Both the position numbers and the translations under genes were made by a program. The notes below the pieces were generated by a model, which saw only the letters and a program-made list of their open reading frames with translations, ran no database searches and was not told the DNA's origin. A DNA stretch of 64,000 nucleotides, taken from the NCBI GenBank assembly GCA_044892505.1, contig CM097882.1:320912001-320976000 (forward strand), written 5' to 3'. The stretch comes from Schmidtea nova. Taxonomy: Eukaryota. Shown here in pieces: positions 9,488 to 19,211 of the stretch. Position 1 is the stretch's first letter. Every line of letters begins with the position of its first letter.

Positions 9488-10111
9488 TTAACTTTGTTTA
9501 TAAACCATGGCTCCTTCCTTGTTAAAAATATCAGTTCTAACTCTTAAATCATCACTGCATTGTTGAGTAAAATCCAGGAAAATATATCCATGAGGAGATT
9601 TTGTAGCATCTTGAAAGGCCTCCATTAAAAAGTTACGATTTGAAGGATAAGCTTGTCTTGCCAGAAAATCAATAACTGTTGCATCTCTAGGATTTTTAAA
9701 CACAACAAGATATTGAACATTTAAATTACGGGTTCGATGACTACCGCCCTGATGAAATAAATTCTGAGTTATAAAAATAACAGTAACACCTTTATGTCTA
9801 CTGATTTTCGTAAATAAGTTATTGAAATCCTTTTCTTTATTTGCTTCTTGATACAAGTCGTCAATGATAATCACATCACCTTGTTTTAATCTAGATGACC
9901 AGTTTTGATCGAAACCTTTTATGATTGTCATTTTTATTTTACAAAACTGATCTTGAGTCATTCCGCTTTCGTCGTCAGCACCCCTATGCCAATAAATATT
10001 ATTAAATTTTGACTTGAATAATTTTGATTGCAATAATTTACAAACAAATAAAGTTTTTCCACTCCCGCTCGGACCAACAATTTGAAACACTGCATCATTT
10101 CTTAATTCCAT
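9488..10111 (-). CDS. Genome-packaging ATPase (A32/FtsK-HerA family)
   Basis: Walker A GPSGSGKT, Walker B VIIIDD, SRH and ITQN motifs; intact 207 aa. Confidence 0.93.
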   Translation of the reverse strand: MELRNDAVFQIVGPSGSGKTLFVCKLLQSKLFKSKFNNIYWHRGADDESGMTQDQFCKIKMTIIKGFDQNWSSRLKQGDVIIIDDLYQEANKEKDFNNLFTKISRHKGVTVIFITQNLFHQGGSHRTRNLNVQYLVVFKNPRDATVIDFLARQAYPSNRNFLMEAFQDATKSPHGYIFLDFTQQCSDDLRVRTDIFNKEGAMVYKQS

Positions 10112-10204
10112 ATTTAAAAATTATATTTTCTTAATATTATTGTTTATATTTGTTTTAAATACTAGTTCTCAAAGTATTTATTTCATTTAAAAATATTTTC
10201 AGTA

Positions 10205-10672
10205 ATGATTAGAAACATTAATTACAAGGGTAAGACAGATGTATCACACATGAAATTTCCAAATGGAAAACTCCAGCAAATTGTAGATCGAAGTGGAAAA
10301 TACCCAATAATATACTTTAAAACAGGAAGATATAGAATAATGGGATGCAGGGAATTTATTAGTGACGAACAAGTTGAGTTTTACGATTTAACAATACAAT
10401 CGATAACTGTAACTGCGGATTTAGGATTTATTTGTAATTTGAATGAATTATCGAAATTAATACCGTGTGTTTACGAGCCAGAATTATTTCCAGCTTTGAG
10501 ATATATCAAATATAATCCCATGTGTGTAAATATATTTGCAAGTGGGAAATTAGTCATATTAGGATTAAAAAACAAAGACTATTCAACTATAGTTGATGAT
10601 ATTATTTACGATATAAAATCAATTATAGAAGATAAAGCCTTTGTTGATTTCATACTAACATGTGACTCATGA
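10205..10672 (+). CDS. TATA-binding-protein-like protein (one clear and one degenerate TBP repeat), 155 aa
   Basis: IQSITVTADLGFICNLNEL...YEPELFPALRY...NIFASGKLVILG aligns with TBP repeat NMVGSCDV.F.I.LE.L...YEPELFPGLIY...LIFVSGKVVLTG. The first half IRNINYKG...IIYFKTGRYRIMG is a divergent repeat. Confidence 0.85.
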   Translation: MIRNINYKGKTDVSHMKFPNGKLQQIVDRSGKYPIIYFKTGRYRIMGCREFISDEQVEFYDLTIQSITVTADLGFICNLNELSKLIPCVYEPELFPALRYIKYNPMCVNIFASGKLVILGLKNKDYSTIVDDIIYDIKSIIEDKAFVDFILTCDS

Positions 10673-10830
10673 CTGCAATATCGATGCATTAGAAATGCAC
10701 GATTCTGATTGGCTCTGTGTGTATTTCGAGAATAAAGACATGTTGTGCATGCTTGATTCTGATTGGTTCATTATGTGTGTTTCAAATCATGTGTGTTTCT
10801 TTGATATATATACTATGAACAATCTCACAT
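10660..10830 (+). promoter_or_regulatory. Polinton internal promoter module
   Basis: TGACTCA near 10663, GATTCTGATTGG twice (10701-10712, 10755-10766), TATATATA at ~10805, upstream of ATG 10848. Confidence 0.55.
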
Positions 10831-10847
10831 AGTTTATATTCACAATT

Positions 10848-11471
10848 ATGTCGCTAACCCAAACTTTAATTAAAAGCCGTAAGGATTTTAATTATTTATT
10901 TTTCATATTTTATATTATTATTATTTTAGAAAAGTTAATGAACGTGATCTACAGGAAGCTGGAGGAACTTTTCCCGAATCTGATGCCGGCTCTCGTCTAC
11001 ACGGCTCCGGAGATGTTCCCGTACAAGATAATGGTCTTGACGGGAATTGACATCAATCAGATCGTGCTGGACCACATGACGGACCAGAATACCGATTTGC
11101 CAGTGGTAGCCGAGCACATTCTCTGTGCATACCAATGTGGGAGCTGCGTCGAACGCATTCGACAATTCAACATTTGGGTTTTGCGAAACTCACTGAAATT
11201 ATTCGACATCCAGCAAATGGATAAAATCGATGAGGAGGAAGAAGAGCAAATCAAGGAAATATGGCCCAACTCTACTCCGGAGCCGATTGATGCCGATGAT
11301 AATGATGATCAAACAACAGAATTGGAAGCACCAACTCTAGATGGTCCATATCCATCTGAACCGGCTCAATCATCTGATTGTACGGAATCACCACAATCGC
11401 CGGATTGTGCCGAATGCCATCGAAAGGCTGATGGCGTTGAAGAAGAAGAAAAAGAAGAAGAAGAACAATAA
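10848..11471 (+). CDS. Polinton accessory protein with acidic C-terminal half; probable in-frame 51-nt intron 10879-10929
   Basis: ORF 207 aa. GTAAGG...TTTTAG segment is AT-rich and in frame. The 10940-11170 segment is unusually GC-rich. Contains CxxxCxxC and an acidic tail. Confidence 0.7.
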   Translation: MSLTQTLIKSRKDFNYLFFIFYIIIILEKLMNVIYRKLEELFPNLMPALVYTAPEMFPYKIMVLTGIDINQIVLDHMTDQNTDLPVVAEHILCAYQCGSCVERIRQFNIWVLRNSLKLFDIQQMDKIDEEEEEQIKEIWPNSTPEPIDADDNDDQTTELEAPTLDGPYPSEPAQSSDCTESPQSPDCAECHRKADGVEEEEKEEEEQ

Positions 11472-11864
11472 TGATTAATTTGATGTCTATATGTTTTATG
11501 TAATAACTTATTTTTTAGTTTTAGTTTTTTTTTGTGATTTTAGTTTAGTTTAGTCTAATAAAAGTTTTTTTTTGTTTCATTTTAGTTTTTATTTAAATAA
11601 TAATAGTAATAGTTTTTTATTAAAACAATTTTTAGTAGTAGTAGTTTTTTATTAACTGTATAAATAAAAGTAATTAGTTTTTATTAAATAATTATAATTA
11701 GTAAGAAAGTGTTTTATGAAAGATAATAATAATAATAATTGTGAAATAAATAAATAAATAAGTAAATAAATACATTAGTAGCAGAACATTGCGAACAGAA
11801 CCCTGGATGCAGAACCTATTCTGTGATGGTTTTTATGTGAAAAAGCTTCATACTAAATAATTAA

Positions 11865-11990
11865 AACATGCATGCATGCATACAACAAAGACATTGCAAT
11901 ACATGTGCATAGTGTGTGCAAAACAAATGCATCAATATGATTGGACAAAGACATCCAGTCATCAGTATAAATACAAAGACTTTTTATAAA
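11865..11990 (+). promoter_or_regulatory. Polinton internal promoter module
   Basis: ACAAAGACAT twice (11885, 11945), TGATTGG 11938-11944, TATAAATA 11966-11973, upstream of ATG 12011. Confidence 0.6.
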
Positions 11991-12010
11991 ATATTGTCAC
12001 AATCTACAAC

Positions 12011-12427
12011 ATGCAATCAAGAAAACAAAATTTAGATATAAGCGAAGAAAGAATATATCAGACTGAGGTCAAACCAGTTCAGATGTACCATGACAGCCGA
12101 ATTTATTTTTTGGATAATGAAATACCGTATCGATTATCTTATCCGGTAAAGTTAACAAAATCTTTATATGACAGTCTTGCTGTAATTATTGCTAAAGAAG
12201 ATATTATCGCATTAAATCGATTATTTTCAAAAATCAATGTTAATTTGACATGTAAAGAAACCATGTACATCAATAACAGAAAAACGCGGTTCCATGATGC
12301 TTTTCAAACTATTGATTTCGTGGATCAAGAACACTGGTTCGTTACCATTATTATCCAAGGATACAAGATTGATAAAAAAGATGTTGTTACTCCTATTTGG
12401 AGAGTTGACAATGCAAGATACGCATAA
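12011..12427 (+). CDS. Polinton accessory protein of unknown function (beta-rich C-terminus; contains NLTCKE)
   Basis: Intact 138-aa ORF downstream of a TATA promoter and followed by an AATAAA signal. Confidence 0.7.
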   Translation: MQSRKQNLDISEERIYQTEVKPVQMYHDSRIYFLDNEIPYRLSYPVKLTKSLYDSLAVIIAKEDIIALNRLFSKINVNLTCKETMYINNRKTRFHDAFQTIDFVDQEHWFVTIIIQGYKIDKKDVVTPIWRVDNARYA

Positions 12428-12492
12428 TTGTTATTTAATAAATATTTTAGTATGAACAAATTTAGTTTTTATATTAGTTTTTTGTTTTTAAA

Positions 12493-13071
12493 ATGAAATT
12501 AAATATAGTTATTTTATTATTATGTATTCACAATACCGAAGGAGAACAATCTTTGGAAGATTGTCAATCATCCCATCCGTTTCGAAAACAAGATAGTACT
12601 TGCGCGAGTTATAATGATATATGTCTTTACTCAAACATTGAATGCAGTCAAATAAAATTACAATGTAATCAATGTCCTTCAAAAAATAATGTGATTAATA
12701 ATGATATTGAAAAAATGATTAATAAAATAATGATGAAAATAGTTGAACGATTAAAATGTATCAATCAAACTTTTGTTAAAAAAGAATATGAAGTCAGATA
12801 CCAAAATCAAACAGTTGAAAATGAAAAAACAGCCATTGTATTACATTATATAAGTTTATTTATATTAATAATTATAATGATATTATCGGCATCCATACGA
12901 TTGGAGAAGATATCAAATATTCCAAAGAATAACATTCCGAAAAATAATATTCCAACTAATAACATTACAATGAATAATATTCCTATGAATAATATTCCGA
13001 GTAATAATTTAGATGTAAATAATTTTGAAACGAAATTTTGTACACGCACACAACAATATATTTATAAATAA
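12493..13071 (+). CDS. Predicted type I membrane protein
   Basis: Signal-peptide-like MKLNIVILLLCIHNTEG, six-Cys ectodomain, hydrophobic AIVLHYISLFILIIIMILSASI and a cytoplasmic NNIP pentapeptide repeat. Confidence 0.7.
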   Translation: MKLNIVILLLCIHNTEGEQSLEDCQSSHPFRKQDSTCASYNDICLYSNIECSQIKLQCNQCPSKNNVINNDIEKMINKIMMKIVERLKCINQTFVKKEYEVRYQNQTVENEKTAIVLHYISLFILIIIMILSASIRLEKISNIPKNNIPKNNIPTNNITMNNIPMNNIPSNNLDVNNFETKFCTRTQQYIYK

Positions 13072-13089
13072 ATTTTATTTTGGCTTTGT

Positions 13090-13628
13090 ATTTTTAATGT
13101 CTTTGTTTATGTTGCACATGTGTTGCAAAGTGTTGCATGTGTATTGCAATGTCTTTGTTCATGTTGCATACGTGTTGCAATGTCTTTGTTCATGTTGCAC
13201 GCGTGTTGCAAAGTCCTTGTTCATGTTGCAATGTCTTTGTTTAGTTTGCACGCGTGTTGCAAAGTTTTCGAGGGCTCTAATTTGTGTTAAAAAAATTTGT
13301 GTTAAAAAAATTTGTGTTAAAAAAATTTGTGTTAAAAAAAAAAAATTTTGAAAAAAAATTTTGACGCAAAAAAAATTTGAAAAAAATTTTTGGCGCGAAA
13401 AAAAAAATTTGAAAAAAATTTTTGGCGCGAAAAAAAAAATTTATAAAAAATTTTTGGCGCGAAAAAAAATTAATAAAAAAAAAAGTATGACTCATTGATG
13501 ACTCATCGATGACTCATCAAAAAAAATTTTTTTTACCCCCCCCCGGGGGAGGGGGGTCTTTGTTTTTTTTTTCCGCCCACGCAATGAGTCATAATGTCTT
13601 TGTTCCCTGCTCCACACATCTTCCTACT
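13090..13628. repeat. Polinton subterminal/terminal (likely TIR) region with tandem repeats and TF-site arrays
   Basis: ~30-bp TGTTGCA/ATGTCTTTGT repeats (13095-13260), 4x15-bp repeat (13281-13340), 3 E2F sites, 4 AP-1 sites, GC box, terminal CTACT. Confidence 0.85.
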
Positions 13629-13679
13629 AAATACAATACTATAATAAAATATTAGTTTGCATAATAAAATTAAAGTGCA

Positions 13680-15850
13680 TCAAAAATAAAATACCACACA
13701 TGGGTAATGAGGGCATGACCCACTAGCCTTGTTCCAACGAGCAATATCCTTACATGAAGAATATAAAATCGTCTGATTCTCGATTTATTGAGAATTGTTT
13801 TCTTCCAGATCCTTTGATGTAAATCATCAGTGTTGGTTCCGACTTAAACGTTTTCTGGCTTGACCGTAAGTTTTAATATAATCTTCTCGTAGGTGTTCGT
13901 CTTCTGAAGACTTCAACTTGGTAGTCGTAAAATTCTGATAATGCTGATTATGATGGCGGTATATATAGGAGGTTTTGTGTGTTGTTTTCGTTGATGCATT
14001 AAAACAAATTGTTCTAGAAGGAATTTTCGATTCTTCAAAATTTTACTTTTGAATTAAAGTTTTTTCTAATTTAGTTTAATTTACAAAATTTTCATCTAAA
14101 CCAATTTTCTTTCATATTTTATAAGCTTTTAAGGTGAGTTTTTATTAAGTTTTGTGAGTTTTTTAAAAATATGTTAATTTTTCAAAATTTGTAATTTTAT
14201 TTTCTAATTGACGTTTTTTCGTTATATATGTGCTTTACACGTGTACATTTGATGCGCTTTTGTTCATTTTATTTCTTAAACGTGTTTTATTTAATTATTT
14301 CGGTGTTTTGTGATTTCTATGTTTTACTTGGTGTTTTATCTCATATAATTTTAAATTTACTTCTTGCCCGCTATTACCGCTTCATTTAAACAACTCTCAG
14401 TTTTTTCCCAACAGTTATATACAATTAAAAAGGGGACCCCAGAATGAAATATTAAGAAAAAACAAACTAATTAAAAATAATTAATTACCCAATGGTAAAT
14501 CCGAGCTAATGAAAGCCGGAGTGACGTTGGAAACCTGGGGAATCATAAGATTTATGTAATTAGAGGAATAAATTGATTAATCGAAGGGTAACCCTGGGAA
14601 AAGCCGCAAATCCACTTAACAGCAAATTCCAAATACAATTACTTTTGATATGCCAAATCAAGACGCGGTAGGTTCAAAGAGGCAAGTCACTATAAATATC
14701 AATGCAGATTTGCCATACTTACCAGTATGGTCGAAGATAAAAATTTGTAATTCTTCGTGATAAATCAGTAGCGACAAAAAGATAACTTAAAGGAAACGAA
14801 AGGTTAGAATGCGATTTAACCAATTTTCTTGCGTATCATAAAGAGAGATTTACTATTGGATTAACTACCCTAACACAAGAAGAGCGCAGAGAAAATTTTG
14901 TAACTTTGTGTAATCAAAATTGTGTTTGATCAATTTGAAAATAAAGATAATTGTGTTTGGTTTAATTCATCATTGTGTTGGGCAAAAACTGAGATTTGTT
15001 ATAATGAAGTGGTAAAACATCACGAAGAGAGCACGCAAAAAGTAAATTCAAAATTCTATGAGATAAAATACCAAGGAAAACATTGTAATAAAAAAACACA
15101 GAAAATATTAAATAAAACACGTTTAAAATTTAAAATTAACAAAAGCGCACCAAGTATACGCGTTAAAACATAAATATAACATGAAAATAGCAATTAGAAA
15201 ATAGAACTACAAAATAGAAAATATTTTCACATTTTTAGAAGAAAATTTTCGATTTTTACTTTAAAAACTCATAAAATATGAACGAAAATTGTTTTGGATA
15301 AAACTATAGTAAATTAAACTAAATTAGAAAAATCTTTAATTTAAAAGTAAAATTTTAGATTAAAAATAAATTATTTAGAGTTTTATAAAATTTTATACAA
15401 AAATGATAATTTAATTTTGCTTGAAATTATTAAATTTAATGTTGGAAAAATCGAAAATTCCTTCTAGAACAACTTGTTTTAATATATCAACGAAAACAAC
15501 AGACAAAACTCCTATATATAACGCTATCAAAATCATAATTATCAAGATTTTGCGACTAATAACTAGGAGTTTATCAAAAGGCGGACCCCTAGGAAAAAAT
15601 TAATTTCAAGAAAACATTTTCAAGAAAGCTTTTTCAAAAACATTTCATTGTTCCCGAAAGCTCTGAAAGCTTCCAAACAGAATCATTTCGTACAAGTTAT
15701 AGAACCTCTAATTCGAACCGAAAAGAAGCCACCACAACTGTTGCCGACTTTGGAAAACCTCATACTGAATAATAATGTAAGTCTCATGATTTTATGAATG
15801 CAGGTAAGCAAGACATGCCCTCGTTATCCCATGCGAAGTATTTTTATTTA
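13680..15850. mobile_element. Large diverged inverted-repeat (foldback-like) element
   Basis: 13920-14200 is the reverse complement of ~15230-15560 (e.g. TATATATAGGAG..TTGTTTTCGTTGAT..TTCTAGAAGGAATTTTCGA). 13680-13720 matches 15810-15850. Confidence 0.6.
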
Positions 15851-18800
15851 TATTTTTATTTATTATTATTGATATGAGTTTATTATTAATAATATTGTTA
15901 TTATGTATTGAAAATATAAATTTTATATTTTAACATTCTTCTATTTTTTATATAGAACTAGAACCACAAATTCCCATAATACATTCTAAAATATTAAGAT
16001 GCTATTCATATTATAAGGCTATATAATTTTTTTTTAAACTTCCATATCAGTCCGACCCATGAGCTGTACTGACGAAAGTAGCATAGGTGGATCGCTGTTC
16101 AGTTGAGGCCCATCAACCGGCCAGCCCGTATTTCTATCTAAGGTGAGGCCCATACACCCATGATCACTTCATCCCATACGTAGACGTTGGTGAACAGTGC
16201 CTTGGCCAAGGGCAAGGTTTTTATATTAATGATAGTTGAATTATAGTAGTGTATTTTTAAATGAATTAATATTACACATTACACATTTTACCTGCGATAT
16301 GGTATTCAAAGATGCAAACTGATATTTCATTATAGTATAATGTCTATATATACATTAATATCAATCTACATAACTCGCACAACTACACAAAAGTTCTGAC
16401 ACAATAAAAGCTATCGAAATTATTTGTCCATCTCGTAATTCACCATCGCTCACATCTTTTTCACCTCATCACAAATGAAATCGCAGTCATTTAGAAAATT
16501 GAATTTATAAAGATCTTCTAACTAGCAACTCAAAGTGTAATAGAAATTTTTAGATTGCATTAGATTCTATTTGATTTTATTCAGTTGAACTTCATCTTAA
16601 TCGGAAAATTATTCCTAAAAAACTTGTAATTCTTGATCTATAATGTTGAGTATTCGGAATTTCCAAATGAACTATCTCGAAAATTTTATGCATACTTTGT
16701 TAGGAAAATATCATATATGATCGAAGTTATTTTTTGTTAAAAATATAATTCTATTATCAAAAATAATATATTATAAAAACCTTATAAATTCAAATTAAAC
16801 TTAGAGTTTAAAATTATAAATCTAAAAATTATTTTTTATTTATTATATAAATTTTTACAATTTTTAAATTCAAATAGAATCTCATGTATTCATATAACGG
16901 CTTCCATTCGTCAACACTGATAATATCTAATACACTACTCATAAAAGTAAAAAGTTAACACCCTTCTGGCAGCAAAGAAAATCATCGTTTCATCCAATAA
17001 CATCCCACGTATCCAAAAAAATTCATTCCTTCACCAACATCCATCAAACAAGTCTATCACTTATAATATTATACAATTCATTCATAAAAATCTAATAAAA
17101 TCAATTACACCAATGGTGGGAAAAAGAAATGTTTCACGCAACGAAATCACATACAGTCACCATCACTCTAAATATTTACTGTTTAATCCATAAAATACAT
17201 ATAATTTATCAACTTGCAACTCAGTACATCCTAAACATGAAATAGTTCATTTGCAATTCACAACACCCGATAATATACATTGCTTGCAACTCACAACACT
17301 TAATAGCAATAACAAAATCACTTGCAAATCACAACATATTATAACAAAAATTAATTTACTTGTATCTCACAATGCCCCTATTCACAATTAAGTAAATCGG
17401 TTCAATAATCAATCATCATCTATAGTATAGAAATATAGTTTTTCTTTTTCGCCTAAAATTATCTATTTTCACTTGGGAGGAGGGGTGTCAAAACTCAAAC
17501 CTAATCTAACGCTAAAGAAAAAATTGAATGCCTTTAAAATGACAAGAGAAACACTAGTACTTAAAACTTAAAAGTTTCTGTAAATTAGCCGTTGCGTGTT
17601 GCCAAGACCTAGGCGAAAACTAATTTTTTTTGTAAATTCTAATGTAAATTTAATAAAACCTGAACTAAGACCTATTAAATTTAGGACGTTTATTAATAAT
17701 AAAAAGGAACGCTGTTTTGGACCGGTAAATTAGAGGTTGAAAATCACCAAATAGCGAATACTTTTAACGTTAAGGAGCTCACCGATTCGAGTCATGGTAA
17801 AATGATTTAAGTCAATAGTATGTTGGAATATGCGTGTGAAAAACTAGTTATGTTTTGACACGGTAACGTCTAACTAATTTGGTTTTCTTAGGAATAAATG
17901 TTTTAATGACCACAATTGAGGTAATATTCATTTTAGACGCCGCTGATCGATTAAACTAACACCCAATTTAACCGAGAGTTTTGTGAAATTAGGATACAAA
18001 CAACAAAATCCGAAAAACTTCAGTGCTTTTGGGACGAGTGATTTTATTGATTCTATTTTGTTTGCTATTGTGTTACATGTATTTTAGATGGATTCTTGCA
18101 TAAGTTATGTTTTGTTAATGGTTTGAGGTTGTAATTATCCATTTTGATGTAGAAATAAACTCTTGTTAATGTAAATGATTTGTTTTAAATTGCTGATTAG
18201 AATCTTATCGAATATTTATAGATAAATGGTTGAATGAGGGACTTAAACGGACACTAAACCTTCTATCGGTAGCCATTGAACCCATTGTGATGTTCGGTCA
18301 ATCATAGTTTTAATTTTTCGACTCTCACTGTTTGCGGACATTCACCCATTTGTTGCATTACCAACGTTACATTGTGACGGGCAACAAAGTGGTTAAGCTA
18401 ATGTTTTGTGTTGAGTTGTTGATAGGGGCCACAGCAACGTCAAGGTCATATTGACGATCAACAACCCACCAATTGTCAAAGAAAGAACACCGGAGTCAGA
18501 TACCAACCGACTATTCGATAATAACCCAACATATTTTACCGCTACTATTTAAACAAAAATTAATCAAAATTCGTTTTACCTTACAAACCCAACGGGGTTA
18601 TCCAGTCAATTATAGTCATACAGACACTGATAACTTTTTGCTAATACCCTTCCATTTGTTACAGTACCAATGTAGCTTCGCTATGAATAACAGGGTTAAA
18701 TAATGTTTATATGGCGGTTATTGTGAGTAAGTAAATTATAAGTTAACCAGTAACTCAGCAGTACCAATATAATTGCTAATTATCAGTTCTGAGTATACGA

Positions 18801-19211
18801 GAAAGGATAGTTGCATCTCACTAAGGTGTCTAAGTAATATTTTATTTTATGAATATATTTTATGAATATTAATTTGTATTTAAAATATTTGATTCAACAA
18901 AATGAAAATAATCAATAATTTGTAATAAATCTCGAAGACAACATTTTAAAGTTTACTTGATATAAAATAAAATAAAAAAATATAGCTAACCATTTGTATC
19001 AAGAAAACCCCAATAAATTATTTACAATAAATTCAAAAATATTGTTTAATTGTATAACTTAAATGATTGTCAAAAAAATTATTTTTGAACTGCTATCGAT
19101 ATATTTAATTTAATTATTCATTTTTAACGATAAACTTATCAATGTAATAATATAATTTTTGCCTATTTTTTCTTTTGATATTTTTATTAAAAATTCTAAT
19201 TTCCAATAGAT

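Larger units (their letters stand above)
1..13628 (-). mobile_element. Polinton/Maverick (adintovirus-like endogenous virus), right-hand part; other end lies upstream of the window
   Basis: Co-located pPolB, adenain, MCP, penton, retroviral-like integrase and A32-like ATPase. The sequence ends ...CTTCCTACT at 13628, i.e. 5'-AGTAG from the terminus, matching the Polinton AG...CT rule. The next 6 bp (AAATAC) are the predicted TSD. Confidence 0.95.

Noticed and set aside
13025-13495. ORFs 13025-13351 and 13277-13495
   Set aside because: Translations of the terminal tandem repeats.
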